A stretch of DNA of 64,000 nucleotides from Candidatus Moanibacter sp. (GTDB taxonomy: Bacteria > Verrucomicrobiota > Verrucomicrobiia > Opitutales > UBA2987): positions 160,001-224,000 of the forward strand of contig CBDCEW010000104.1 of the NCBI GenBank assembly GCA_965215885.1, read 5' to 3'. The notes under the pieces were generated by a model. That model did no database searches, was not told the DNA's origin, and was given only the letters and a program-made list of their open reading frames with translations. Below are positions 8,967 through 19,011 of this stretch, piece after piece; position 1 is the first letter of the stretch, and each line of letters starts with the position of its first letter. A program made the translations under genes and the position numbers.

Positions 8967-11340
8967 CAGAACTCGCTATCATGCGGGTTGGCGGGCAGGG
9001 GGCAATCGCAGATACAATTCCCGGCTTTTAAGAGCTAAAGAAAACGGTAGGCTTCATCTTCGAACCATCAAATTCGAAGAAAAATGGAGAAACCTACCGT
9101 CAAAGAAGAGACCTTCTTACAGTGCATCCTTGGAGTGGACAAGGGTAATCCCTCGATCACGGTCTATCGGGATCTGAGGGAAGGCAAACTGCACGTCTAT
9201 TACGGGCATGAGCTTTTTGAAGTCGTAGAGGACGATCGGGAGCAAGTTGAATTCAAGCTATTGGAGGGGCGCCTCTACAATGCGGGGTTGAAGAAAGGGC
9301 GCTTAGAGAAGCAATTTGAGGTTGACCCCAAAACGATGAAGCGGTGGGGGGAGGCGCTTCAAAGCGGAGATGCCGAGACCTTAGCGCGAGTGCTGGCGGG
9401 ACGCAGCGCTCATCGCAAATTGACGAGGGAAATCCGGAGTTTTGTGCGGGTGCGCTTCGGGCAGATCTATGGGGAGAGTCGGTATGGCTACAGCAAGAAG
9501 ATACGGGGGGAGATCGAGGAGGTGTTCGGAGTTAACCTCAGTGGGGAAACTTTGCGCCCTGTCTTTAAGGAGCTTAAAGAGGCCCGGGCAAAGGAGGCCG
9601 AAGCCGAGAGGGCGCAAAATCGGGAGACTCCCTGGGATTGCCCGGAGGACTCGGGGAGGGACGAACAGGAGCAAGAAGCAGAAAATAGCCCCGAAAGCGA
9701 AGGGGACAATCGCAAGGGGTCTCCCGATTTTTCGAGGGAGAGCTCCGAAGCGGTGCAATGGTATCGGCACCTGGGAGTACTTCTGTTCAGTGCCGCGCTC
9801 AGAGAAGTCGCTCAGATTGATCGCGAAGAGGGCTGGCTTTTGAAACAATGGGTGGCTTGCGGGTTGTTGGCCGCGGTCAATATCGAGCAGAGCAAACTGC
9901 TCGATCTCGAAGACCTGCAAAAACTCATCGGGCGAGTCCTGTATACCCCCTATCTGCAACGCCAAAGCCTTAGCGCCCTGGCCGATGAAGGGCTTTTAAG
10001 AGAGATCCTCAGAGTGAACGCGAGGGGCCTGAATGCTTCGGATGAAGAGAGCTTTTATTATGATCCGCACACCAAACATTACACCGGAATGAGCAAGGTG
10101 CTGGCGGGATGGTGTCCGGGTATCCGTCTGGCCGACAAAGCGCTCCACAGCGATTTTATTCATACCCTCAAGGGCTATCCGGTCTATTTTGCGAGCACTG
10201 ACAACTATGAGGATATAAGGGAACGGTTTATCCCCAACTGCGAAGCGATGCTCGAGCTGGTGCAGCTGCCGGCTGATAAAAAGGTGAGTATTTACGTGGA
10301 CCGGGCGATCGCCGCGGAGTGGTTTTACGAAGCCATCGTGGAGCACCCTCAACTCGAAATCATTACCTGGGAAAAAGGTTACAAGGCCAGCGCCCAGCCC
10401 CTCCAACGGATCGACGGGCAGTTGCGCCTGCAGCGCGCGCGCAACCATGCCGAAGATCTCCAGGAGTATCATCTTCGCTATCAGCGGGGCCCCTGGAAGA
10501 AAAATCCTCAACTGGTGCAGTGGATCGTGGAGGCGACCAATCCAAAAAATCGAACCATTACCGTGAGCATCCTGGCGACCGATCAGCAGGCCCGAAATGA
10601 AGAGGTAATCAAAGGGATGTTCAGTCGCTGGATTCAGGAGAATGACTTCAAATACCTCGATAAGCACTTTGGGATTAATCAGATCACCTCTTATCGCACC
10701 GTCCACTACAAGCGATTAGCCCAACACCTTGAGGACAAGCAGGAGAAAAGCGGTGCCGCCAAAGCCCTCCTGAAGCAAAAACAGCAATGCACCGAAGAAT
10801 TGAAAAGACTGCTCCTGGCCGAGCATGCCCACCCGGGCAAAAGCGCCTCAAGGGGCGAAAAGATCCGTCGACTCGATCAGGCCCTCAAAGCCCTCCAACT
10901 CGAACTGGAGCAAATCGACACCGAATGCTCGAGGCTGCAGCGCCTCATTGATGAAAACTATGTCCGCCTGGACACCGCTAACAAGTCCCTCATGGATGCC
11001 TTGAAAATCTTCGCCCGTAACAGCTTCTACAAGCAGCTCGAACCCTTTAAAGCTCGCTACAACAACTATCGTGACGACCACGATCTGTTTCGCAATTTGA
11101 CTCACAGTGACGGCGTTCTTATAGAGAGGGGCTGTGCGGTCGAAGCGCATTTATTCCCCACCGCAACTTATCCCCCTCGGGTGCAGGCGGTGGTGCTTGA
11201 GTATCTGCAAACTCTCAATCAGAAGCCCTTACTGATGCCCGACGGTTCAGGCCGAAGAATCATCTTCCGACTGGGCAAAAAATCGGGATTTAAACTTGCG
11301 ATTGCATAGTGCCTTTAGAGGGGCAATATAGTGAGGTCTG
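8967..11340 (+). mobile_element. 2.37-kb IS-like element with atypical transposase and 5-bp target duplication AACCT
   Basis: Imperfect IRs CAGAACTCGCTATCATGC / GCAATATAGTGAGGTCTG; AACCT at 8962-8966 and 11341-11345; empty site in the paralogous repeat near 15121-15140. Confidence 0.85.
9084..11309 (+). CDS. Large putative transposase (741 aa)
   Basis: N-terminal HTH-like segment; FYYDPHTKHYTG, IYVDRA and RWIQENDFKY as a candidate DDE triad; coiled coil; fills the IR-bounded element. Confidence 0.75.
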   Translation: MEKPTVKEETFLQCILGVDKGNPSITVYRDLREGKLHVYYGHELFEVVEDDREQVEFKLLEGRLYNAGLKKGRLEKQFEVDPKTMKRWGEALQSGDAETLARVLAGRSAHRKLTREIRSFVRVRFGQIYGESRYGYSKKIRGEIEEVFGVNLSGETLRPVFKELKEARAKEAEAERAQNRETPWDCPEDSGRDEQEQEAENSPESEGDNRKGSPDFSRESSEAVQWYRHLGVLLFSAALREVAQIDREEGWLLKQWVACGLLAAVNIEQSKLLDLEDLQKLIGRVLYTPYLQRQSLSALADEGLLREILRVNARGLNASDEESFYYDPHTKHYTGMSKVLAGWCPGIRLADKALHSDFIHTLKGYPVYFASTDNYEDIRERFIPNCEAMLELVQLPADKKVSIYVDRAIAAEWFYEAIVEHPQLEIITWEKGYKASAQPLQRIDGQLRLQRARNHAEDLQEYHLRYQRGPWKKNPQLVQWIVEATNPKNRTITVSILATDQQARNEEVIKGMFSRWIQENDFKYLDKHFGINQITSYRTVHYKRLAQHLEDKQEKSGAAKALLKQKQQCTEELKRLLLAEHAHPGKSASRGEKIRRLDQALKALQLELEQIDTECSRLQRLIDENYVRLDTANKSLMDALKIFARNSFYKQLEPFKARYNNYRDDHDLFRNLTHSDGVLIERGCAVEAHLFPTATYPPRVQAVVLEYLQTLNQKPLLMPDGSGRRIIFRLGKKSGFKLAIA

Positions 11341-11577
11341 AACCTTGTTTTTCTAGCAAGTTTTTGCGTAGAAGAGGTTGTTGGTATTCAATAAACTGCA
11401 GTCGACCCGTCGTCGCTTCGCTTTGCCGAGGCAGGCAAGGTTTGGGACAAGGTTCGCGACCCGTCGTCGCACTGCTTTGCCGAGGCAGGCGAGGTTACCC
11501 AAGGGAAGTAGGAGTTTCCTTCTGCATTCGCGTCCATCTGCGTTCATCTGCGGTTCTCTTCTTCTTTTTTGGTTGCG
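11341..11577 (-). repeat. Composite intergenic repeat (paralog of 15110-15302, related to 26941-27306 and 36951-37288) carrying two 30-nt micro-insertions
   Basis: Direct alignment to 15131-15302. Confidence 0.8.
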
Positions 11578-12219
11578 CTAGGTCATCCGTGGTAGATTCA
11601 TTCTCTGTTTTTCTTCTTCCATAGCGGGATGCTCTGCGATCATCCCTAACGCTTTTCTCAGGAGGGTTTTTCCCGGTTCCACGCGGGGCCATGGAGAGGC
11701 CCCGGAGGGGTGGGGGAGGGGAATCGTGTCGAAAAGATGCTTGTCGTAGGTGCATCGGAAACTGCGGCCGACGATTGCATCGAGACTCGAGTATTTCATA
11801 AATTGCGTAATGGCCAGTCTGCCGACTGGAATGACTAATTCCGGTCGCAGAATTTCCATCTCGGCTTTCAGCCAGCGGGAGCAGTTGGAAATCTCTGTCC
11901 GATCCGGAACGCGGTCACCGCCCTTCGGCTTCTTGCCGGGGAAGCAGCGGCAGACAGCTGCCATGTAAATGCTGGAACGAAAATCTTCCTCACTGAGTCC
12001 ACATGATTCCTTGAACCACTGGAAGAGCGTCTTCCCCGCGGTCCAGGCAAACGGGCGTTGCAACCGGGGTTCCTTTTCACCCGGCGCCTGCCCCACCAGC
12101 AGCACCTTGCTCACGATGGCCCGTCCCGTCACCACCGGGCTCTGCATATTCGGGCATAAGGCACAGGCACGGAGGGCACTGGTGTGTTGAAGGATAGATT
12201 CTCGGCGATTCATGAACAT
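11578..12219 (-). CDS. Uracil-DNA glycosylase family protein
   Basis: CALC Fe-S ligands, LVGQAPG, RCFPG, PLPHPSGAS. Confidence 0.9.
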   Translation of the reverse strand: MFMNRRESILQHTSALRACALCPNMQSPVVTGRAIVSKVLLVGQAPGEKEPRLQRPFAWTAGKTLFQWFKESCGLSEEDFRSSIYMAAVCRCFPGKKPKGGDRVPDRTEISNCSRWLKAEMEILRPELVIPVGRLAITQFMKYSSLDAIVGRSFRCTYDKHLFDTIPLPHPSGASPWPRVEPGKTLLRKALGMIAEHPAMEEEKQRMNLPRMT

Positions 12220-12505
12220 AAGTTAGGAAAAGGGTTCAATCATGACTGAATCGGGGCCACAGAGCGACACAGAGATGCACGGAGGCACCTAGCGCAGCAA
12301 ATCCGCAACCAAACTGGTAGGTGCTTCCGTGGAGAAGAGAATTGAACAGAAGGAAACAAAGAGAACGGAGAGGGATGATGGGTATACAATGTCTGTTTAA
12401 AACTACGTTTTCTCTCTACGTCGCTAGGGGCGTTCTCAGTCGAGTGGCAGGAACGGTTGCATCGATCGCGAAAATAGGAGTTCGAACATACGATAGAACG
12501 AATTA

Positions 12506-12662
12506 GGAGTCGACTTCGCCTCGCGCGCAGCGCGTCTGAAACGCCAAGAAGAGAATTCCCCAAAGCGCCCCCTTTCGGCGCAGAATGCAGGTGCGCTTTT
12601 GGGAATTCTCTTCTTGGCGTTTCTCCATTCTGCCAAACGGCAGATTTGGCGAAGTCGACTCC
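12506..12662 (+). repeat. Structured four-way-junction repeat, copy C
   Basis: Perfect 15-bp IR GGAGTCGACTTCGCC / GGCGAAGTCGACTCC; ~30-bp near-perfect central stem. Confidence 0.85.
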
Positions 12663-12752
12663 TTCCGACTTTCAGTCTGTGTAACTTAAGTTCTCCGTGG
12701 TCCTCTGTGGTGCTCTGTGACCCCTCTTTTGCCTTTCTACTTTCCTTATTTC

Positions 12753-13334
12753 TTATTCGTTAAATGAAAAGAAGGCTTCCTCGGTATACTGCGCTCCTTC
12801 AGAAGAGAGTTTGCTCGAGAAGAGGGTGAATCCTTCCACCTTGAACGGCGCTGTTTCGAAATTCCGGTTATCCCGAACAAACTGTTTCACCGCGCCCGGT
12901 TTTGCGCGTGCCGTCCGCGCAATCGTCACATGCGGGTGATAGGCCCGCGTCTCAGCTTCGACGCCAAGAGCTACCAGGGTGTCTTCGATCTGTTTTTGCA
13001 ATTGAAAGAGGCGAGGATGCCCCTTATCGTGTCCAACCCAAACGATTCCAGGACGGCCACGGCGCGGGAAGCAACCGACCTCCTTCACCGGCAGGATGAA
13101 GAGCTCAACTCGAATTGGCGAGAGGAGCTCAACGATTCGCTCAGCCAATTCCGCATCGACGTCGCCGATGAACCGCAGAGTGAGGTGGAGGTTATCCTCC
13201 GGAACCCAGCGAAACTCGGGAAGCTGGTGCCGTATGCGTCGGATGGACGATTTCACGTGGTTGGGGGCGGAAATCCCGATGAAGAGGCGTTTCTCTTCCC
13301 GCTCTCTTGTAACTTGGATTTTGTCGTCTGTCAT
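12753..13334 (-). CDS. thpR: RNA 2',3'-cyclic phosphodiesterase (2H family)
   Basis: RLFIGI, two HxT motifs (HLTL, HVTI), FTLFSSKL. Confidence 0.92.
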   Translation of the reverse strand: MTDDKIQVTREREEKRLFIGISAPNHVKSSIRRIRHQLPEFRWVPEDNLHLTLRFIGDVDAELAERIVELLSPIRVELFILPVKEVGCFPRRGRPGIVWVGHDKGHPRLFQLQKQIEDTLVALGVEAETRAYHPHVTIARTARAKPGAVKQFVRDNRNFETAPFKVEGFTLFSSKLSSEGAQYTEEAFFSFNE

Positions 13335-13500
13335 GGCTTCCTGGTTTTAGAACACAGAGATTGAGCTGAATAAGGAAGGCAGGAAAGCAGGAAAAGAGAA
13401 TTGAAGTCCGGCGAGCCGGGAGAAACAGAGAGCAAGGGCACGCGCAATGTTATCTGTAAGATTGCGCCCGGCCTTCTGACTCCTTTTACTCTTCTGAGCT

Positions 13501-14444
13501 ATGCTTAAGGAACTCATCGATACACCCAAAGGTTGGGATGCGAACTCGATTGATGCGCCTGAATGCTGGATTTATTCCCTCTCGCAGGAGGTTTTGTCGG
13601 AGCTTGATTCGGCCTTAGCACCGGGCACTGGAAAGGTTACTCCGATTGAAGATTTAGCATTGTCCAAGTCCAGTGCGCGGTGCTGCCACAGGAATTTTGC
13701 CCCGGTAACGGAAGCACTGGATTCCGGCCGAGGTTTCGCCATCATTGATCGTGTTCCGGTCGACCGCTATACGCTTGATGAGGCCAAAGCGGCCTACTGG
13801 CTAATCGGTCAATCGGTCGGGTTTCCGATGAAACAGAACATGCGCGGGACACTTCTGTATGACGTCCGTGATACCGGCGCCGATGTCCGAAAGGGCGTCC
13901 GATTCTCGGTTACCAACTCCGAATCGACTTTTCATAATGACAATGCATTCGGTGCGACTATTCCCGACGTCGTGGGTTTGCTCTGTATACGGACAGCCCG
14001 GTCGGGAGGCAGGAGCCAACTGGTCAGCGCTTACGCAATTCATAACGAATTGCTGAAAAATCATCTCGAGGTTCTCGAAACTCTTTACGAGGATTTCTGC
14101 TTCGACTGTCGAGGAGAACATGCTCCCGATGAACCTCCCGTTTCGCAGACACAGGTTTTCACTGGGACGGACAGGATTTGACCAACCGATACCTCCACTA
14201 CTACATCCAAATCGGTCATGAAAAGATGAAACTGCCTCTCGATTCGAGGCAGGAATATGCCTTGGAGGTACTGGAGGAATTGCTGCGTCGCCCGGAATTC
14301 TGGGTGGAGTTCGATCTTAGACCCGGCCAGATCCTGTTTGTGAACAACCGAAGAATTTTGCATAATCGGACAGCGTTTCAGGACTTTCCGGATCCCGAAC
14401 GCCGTCGCCATTACGTTCGCCTGTGGCTTAACTGGCGGCAGTGA
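13501..14444 (+). pseudogene. TauD/TfdA-family dioxygenase split by one frameshift near 14160
   Basis: FHND motif, GLLC and GGRS in the first ORF; NNRRILHNRTAF and RHYVRLWL in the second; adding one base restores VFHWDGQDLTNRY. Confidence 0.8.
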
Positions 14445-14910
14445 TTCCGTTTGGCGGACTCTACGAGATTGAGAGATGAATAAGGAAGGAACCGCAGATG
14501 GACGCGAATGGACCCGTCTCCGTCCTCCGGGCTTCGCCGTGGCATGCGCGAATTTGGGAGGAAGACCCCGCGGATTCGAGGACACAGCGGGTTAATTCGA
14601 GAGGGAGTAACTAACGGATCAGGAAAACAACGGATTGTGAACAATTGGACCACAATTCTTTGAATACCATCCTCTTAAAATTCACCAAACAAAATACGTG
14701 TTCAGTCAACCAAGTTCTGATGGATAGTAGTGCAAATTGCTTTTGAAAAAAGAGGGCGGCAAGAAGATGCGATAGTTAAATTTCCGTGGAAACGGCGCCA
14801 GCCAGATAGTCATCGGCGTCCCGGATCGGGGAGTGAGAAGTAACCGCGGAATGAGGTTTTAATAAGGAAGGCAGGAAAGCAGGAAACTGCCCATACTATA
14901 GGCCGAGGTA

Positions 14911-15068
14911 GGAGTCGACTTCGCCTCTCCGCCATACGGGAGAGCCTGAAACGCGATGAGGAGCTTTCCCAAGATCGCGACTGCATTTTAGTCCACGAAT
15001 AGCGCTCTTGGGAAAGTTCCTCTTCGCGTTTCTCGACTCGCATAAGCGAGTTTGCGAAGTCGACACCC
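14911..15068 (+). repeat. Structured four-way-junction repeat, copy D (preceded by GTAG)
   Basis: GGAGTCGACTTCGC ... GCGAAGTCGAC with covarying internal stems. Confidence 0.8.
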
Positions 15069-15109
15069 TATTCTCCATCCTGCGACTGTGAGACCTGACT
15101 CCTCTATCT

Positions 15110-15302
15110 ATCCGTGCCACAATCCGGCAGAACCGTGTTTTCCGAGCTATTTTTTGCGCAGAAGAGGTTGGTATTCAATAAACTGCAGTCGACAAGGTTT
15201 GGGACAAGGTTCGCGACGAGGTTACCCAAGGGAAGTAGGAGTTTCCTTCTACATTCGCGTCCATCTGCGTGCATCTGCGGTTCTCTTCTTCTTTTTTGGT
15301 TG
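15110..15302 (-). repeat. Composite intergenic repeat; empty-site paralog of 8941-8966 plus 11346-11577
   Basis: Colinear alignment lacking the IS and both micro-insertions. Confidence 0.8.
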
Positions 15303-15716
15303 CCCGTTCGAGAGCCTCAGGGCCCCGAGCCTGTCGCGGGGCGGCTCTGCCACGCTAGGCCATCCGTCAAATCTCGCAGAGTCTGCTGTAAGGCAGATCC
15401 GCGGTCACGCTGATCCCGATTGACCTCAGGTCGAAAGATGTTTCCAGGTTGCGGCGCGCCGGGAGGAATCGAATTCTCTTCTCCATGTAAGGACCTACCA
15501 GTTTCCTGCTTTCCTTATTAATTCATCCCGGTACCGCGAGATCTTCAACGAACGCACCCGGATCCACCCTCCCGCAACTCGCATCCCCTCTTCCCACTGT
15601 CCACTGTTTACTGCTGAGCGCAGCGAAGTCCCGGTTTGCCGGGGTTCACTGTTTACTGACCACTGTTCACTAATTCTTCCTTCCTAACCATTTTTCTCTT
15701 GCCGGTTCGAAGTGTA

Positions 15717-15734
15717 GTGATAATTCTCTATCAC
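15717..15734. promoter_or_regulatory. Palindromic operator-like site GTGATA-N6-TATCAC
   Basis: Perfect 6-6-6 palindrome ~70 bp upstream of the AraC-type gene. Confidence 0.35.
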
Positions 15735-15804
15735 GACGGGAGTCATTGCGTGTGAAAGGTCCTTTCGAGCGCTTGATTCCGGTCATCGACAAGCACTCTC
15801 TCTC

Positions 15805-16185
15805 ATGCAGTTTCGGTATTACCTGACCGATCGGCCGCGCTTCGAACATTGGATCGAAATGGCGGAATTCTCCGGTTACAAGGCCCGGAAAATGGCTGAA
15901 ATATACGGCGTCAGTCTCCGCACCCTGGAGCGCTATTTCGAGGAAGACCTCGCCCGAAAGCCCCAGGAATGGCTCAACGAACAGCGCATGATCACGGCCC
16001 GGGAAATGCTCGAATCCGGGAGATCAATCAAGGAGACAGCCGCTGACCTCGGCTTTAAGCAGACAACTCACTTTCACCGCGAATATAAGCGGGTGCATGG
16101 GGTAACGCCGTCGATCTTCCAAAGGCATACCGCAGTCGGTGAGCGGAGTAGGAAAAGAAGAGGAACCGCAGATGAACGCGAATGA
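15805..16185 (+). CDS. AraC-family HTH transcriptional regulator (DNA-binding domain only)
   Basis: SLRTLERYF, PQEWL, SIKETAADLGFKQTTHFHREYKRVHGVTP. Confidence 0.9.
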   Translation: MQFRYYLTDRPRFEHWIEMAEFSGYKARKMAEIYGVSLRTLERYFEEDLARKPQEWLNEQRMITAREMLESGRSIKETAADLGFKQTTHFHREYKRVHGVTPSIFQRHTAVGERSRKRRGTADERE

Positions 16186-16284
16186 ACGCGAAGCGATATT
16201 ACCGTCTATTCGCTGTTCCTACCCCATCCGAACCGCTAATGAAACCAAATTGACGCCAATACTTCTGTGTTTGTGATTTCGCGT

Positions 16285-16692
16285 TCATTCGTGTCCATTC
16301 GCCGTTCCTTCCAGCACCACTCTTTTCCACTCCAATTTTGCTCGTTTGAAATTTAGGATCAATCCGACTTTCAGCCCCGTAATCTTCAGATAATTGAGCA
16401 TTTGTCCCATTTCGTGATCTCCGATTTGCTCAAAAACTTTGGTGTCTACCACGATCTGGTCATACACGATGAGATCGGGGATGTACTCGCCGACGCTCAC
16501 GCCCTTATAAAGCACATCGTATGTCTGTTGTTGGCTGACTGGTATATCCCTGAATCCAAACTCCACAACGAGCGCATTCTCATAAGGTTTCTCCAACAAC
16601 CCATGACCGAGCTCATTTAGCACCTCCATGGCGCATCCTACAATCTGGAATGCTTCCTCCTTTAAGGGATATCCGCGTTCATTTGCGTCCAT
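16285..16692 (-). CDS. GxxExxY protein (PD-(D/E)XK-like nuclease fold), copy 1
   Basis: GHGLLEKPY, YIPDLIV, VDTK, QMLNYLKITGLKVGLILNF. Confidence 0.95.
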   Translation of the reverse strand: MDANERGYPLKEEAFQIVGCAMEVLNELGHGLLEKPYENALVVEFGFRDIPVSQQQTYDVLYKGVSVGEYIPDLIVYDQIVVDTKVFEQIGDHEMGQMLNYLKITGLKVGLILNFKRAKLEWKRVVLEGTANGHE

Positions 16693-16832
16693 TCGCGGTT
16701 CCTTCCCCTTCCGAAACGCTAATCAACGCTATTCGACGCAAATATTTCTGTGCCTCTGCGTTCGCGTTCATTTGCGTTCCTTCGCGGTTCTCTTCTGTAG
16801 TGCGATCCCCAGCCCGGGCTCATACCAGGGGC

Positions 16833-17876
16833 TCAGGGGCTGAGTATTGGCCCGGTATACTGGTATCCCCCTGAGTCGAAGGGATCTTCTGCCATAAGCA
16901 GCGGTGTATCGAGATCAAGGATACTGATTCCGCCAAGCCCCAGCACCAGAGAAAACGAGCAGCCCATTGCTACTCGGGTCTCGATCATTCCACCGATCAT
17001 CAGACCGATGCCGTGCGCCTTACAGAGAGTCGCAATGTCTATCGTTTCAAACAGACCGCTCTTGGTGACCTTCAGATTTATTATATCCGCTGCCCCTTTC
17101 TGAATAACTCGCAACGCATCTTCCAGAGAAAAGACAGACTCGTCCGCTGCGACCGGAAAAGCGGAGTTTTCACGAACCTTTTTTAATCCTTTGATATCAA
17201 ACCGATCGACCGGTTGCTCGAAAGCTTCCACAGTCAGATCGATCGCCTCGATCTTTCTGGCGAATGCAATCGCCTCTGTTGGTGTATAACCTTGGTTCGC
17301 GTCGATAATCAGGGATATTCCGGGATAACGCTCCGCCAAAGCGATGACGCGAGCGGCATCCTCCTCAACATCTAATCCAACCTTTAATTTTCGAAACCCC
17401 TTTTTAGCGATCTCTAGTGATTCTTCGACGCCTCTAATCGGTATTGTGATGTCAGTCTCATAATTTCTGACATCAGCGCCACCCCAGAGCGCCCACAATG
17501 GAATCCCGCTCCCGCGACTGAACGCATCGACAATTGCTGTCTCGAACCCACAACGTACTGCCGCGAGATGAGGAATCCGGGATCGAATCTCCTTCGAAAT
17601 CTTTCGAAAGTTTGTTACCGAGCTTCCAATTACGAATTCCGCAAGGTCCTTCGCGGCGCTGAGGCTGTCCTCTCGGGTCTCTTTGGTCAGTTCGGGAAAG
17701 GGCGCTATCTCACCGTACCCGATGCACCCGTTCTCCAGTATCAAGGTAACTATTAGACTCCTCGCTACCGTTACTTCCCCTTTAGCGATTGTAAAGGCAT
17801 CGATTAGCGGCACTTCGATCGGTGAAATCTCAACATCGGCGATCGCAAATCCGCTGTCTGTACTGCGTTGTTTCAA
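16833..17876 (-). CDS. Dipeptide (L-Ala-D/L-Glu) epimerase family, copy 1; small deletions near the KxK motif and a truncated C-terminus, possibly pseudogenizing
   Basis: GYGE, KLKVG, IDANQGY, EQPV, ADES, NLK, DLD; shorter than copy 2 at EIAKKGFRKLK. Confidence 0.85.
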   Translation of the reverse strand: MKQRSTDSGFAIADVEISPIEVPLIDAFTIAKGEVTVARSLIVTLILENGCIGYGEIAPFPELTKETREDSLSAAKDLAEFVIGSSVTNFRKISKEIRSRIPHLAAVRCGFETAIVDAFSRGSGIPLWALWGGADVRNYETDITIPIRGVEESLEIAKKGFRKLKVGLDVEEDAARVIALAERYPGISLIIDANQGYTPTEAIAFARKIEAIDLTVEAFEQPVDRFDIKGLKKVRENSAFPVAADESVFSLEDALRVIQKGAADIINLKVTKSGLFETIDIATLCKAHGIGLMIGGMIETRVAMGCSFSLVLGLGGISILDLDTPLLMAEDPFDSGGYQYTGPILSP

Positions 17877-18384
17877 AACGAAATCGTCATGGAAGAAAGA
17901 GCCAATGAAAAACGGAACCGAGATTACCAGAGCGTGAACGCAATGCCAACCAGATCCTCATCGAGGTCCTGCGTGGGAGCTTGAGAGAACCAGAAATGTG
18001 AGCTGAATAAGGAAAGCAGGAATGCAGGAAAAGAGGGTGTCCCGGAGCGGAGCCATTTGGAGAATAGGGGTCGACTCTGTTGTAATCCCGCTCAGGTTCC
18101 AATTGTATCAGGTCAAATTGTAACGATTGATTCCGTTGCAAATTCCTTCTCGTCCGTAATTGCCCTGTGAAGTTGAAAGCTTTCCTGCCTTCCTGCTTTC
18201 CTTATTCATCAATCTTCTGTTCATCGATCCTCGCGTCTCGACAATATTCTTCGAACTGAAACCAGACTCATCATTCCAGAGTTCTATCATCATGTCACGG
18301 CGGAGATCCGCATCGGCGGAGAGCAGACGAATCATTCACTCACTTCCCCTCACTTTGCGTCTTAGCCGCTTTGCGTGAGGCCTC

Positions 18385-18736
18385 TATCACGTTACGGCGC
18401 AGTTCCGCATCGCCTAAACGGAGACAGATCCACTCTTTTCCGCCGTCAGCTTTCCGCACTCTCGAGCGCCGTTTTCAGGAGGCCTCGCCCGAAAACCCCA
18501 GGAATGGCTCAACGAGACAGATCCACTCTTTTCCGCCGTCGCCTCCGCATCTCGAGCGCCGTTTTCAGGAGGGCCTCGCCCGAAAACCCCAGGAATGGCT
18601 CAACGAACAGCGCATTATGCCGGCCCGGGTGATGCTCGAAAGCGGGAAGTCAATCAAGGAGACCGCAGCCGACCTAGGTTTTAAGCAGACGACCCACTTT
18701 CACCGGGAATATAAGCGGATGCATGGGGTGACGTAG
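18385..18736 (+). pseudogene. Degraded AraC HTH paralog
   Basis: Homologous to 15805-16185; N-terminus lost, ~93-bp internal tandem duplication, premature TAG. Confidence 0.8.
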
Positions 18737-19011
18737 TCGATCTTCCAAAGGCATACCGCAGTCCGTGAGCGGAGCCGTTATAGAAGAGGAACCGCAGATG
18801 CACGCAAATGAACGCGGATTGCTTCTAAGAGAGGAGGACGAGCACAATGGAATCTCGGAAACGTGAAAAAATAGGGATGGAACCGCAAATGGACGCAGAT
18901 GAACGCGAATGAACGCGAAGCGATATTACTGTCTATTCGCTGTTCCTTCCCCATCCGAACCGCTAATGAACGCAAATTGAAGCCAATACTTCTGTGTTTC
19001 TGATTTCGCGT

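Noticed and set aside
16160..16800. CRISPR or tandem guide-RNA array next to the GxxExxY nuclease
   Set aside because: Units are degenerate 10-nt periodic arms without constant-length unique spacers; treated as hairpin arms instead
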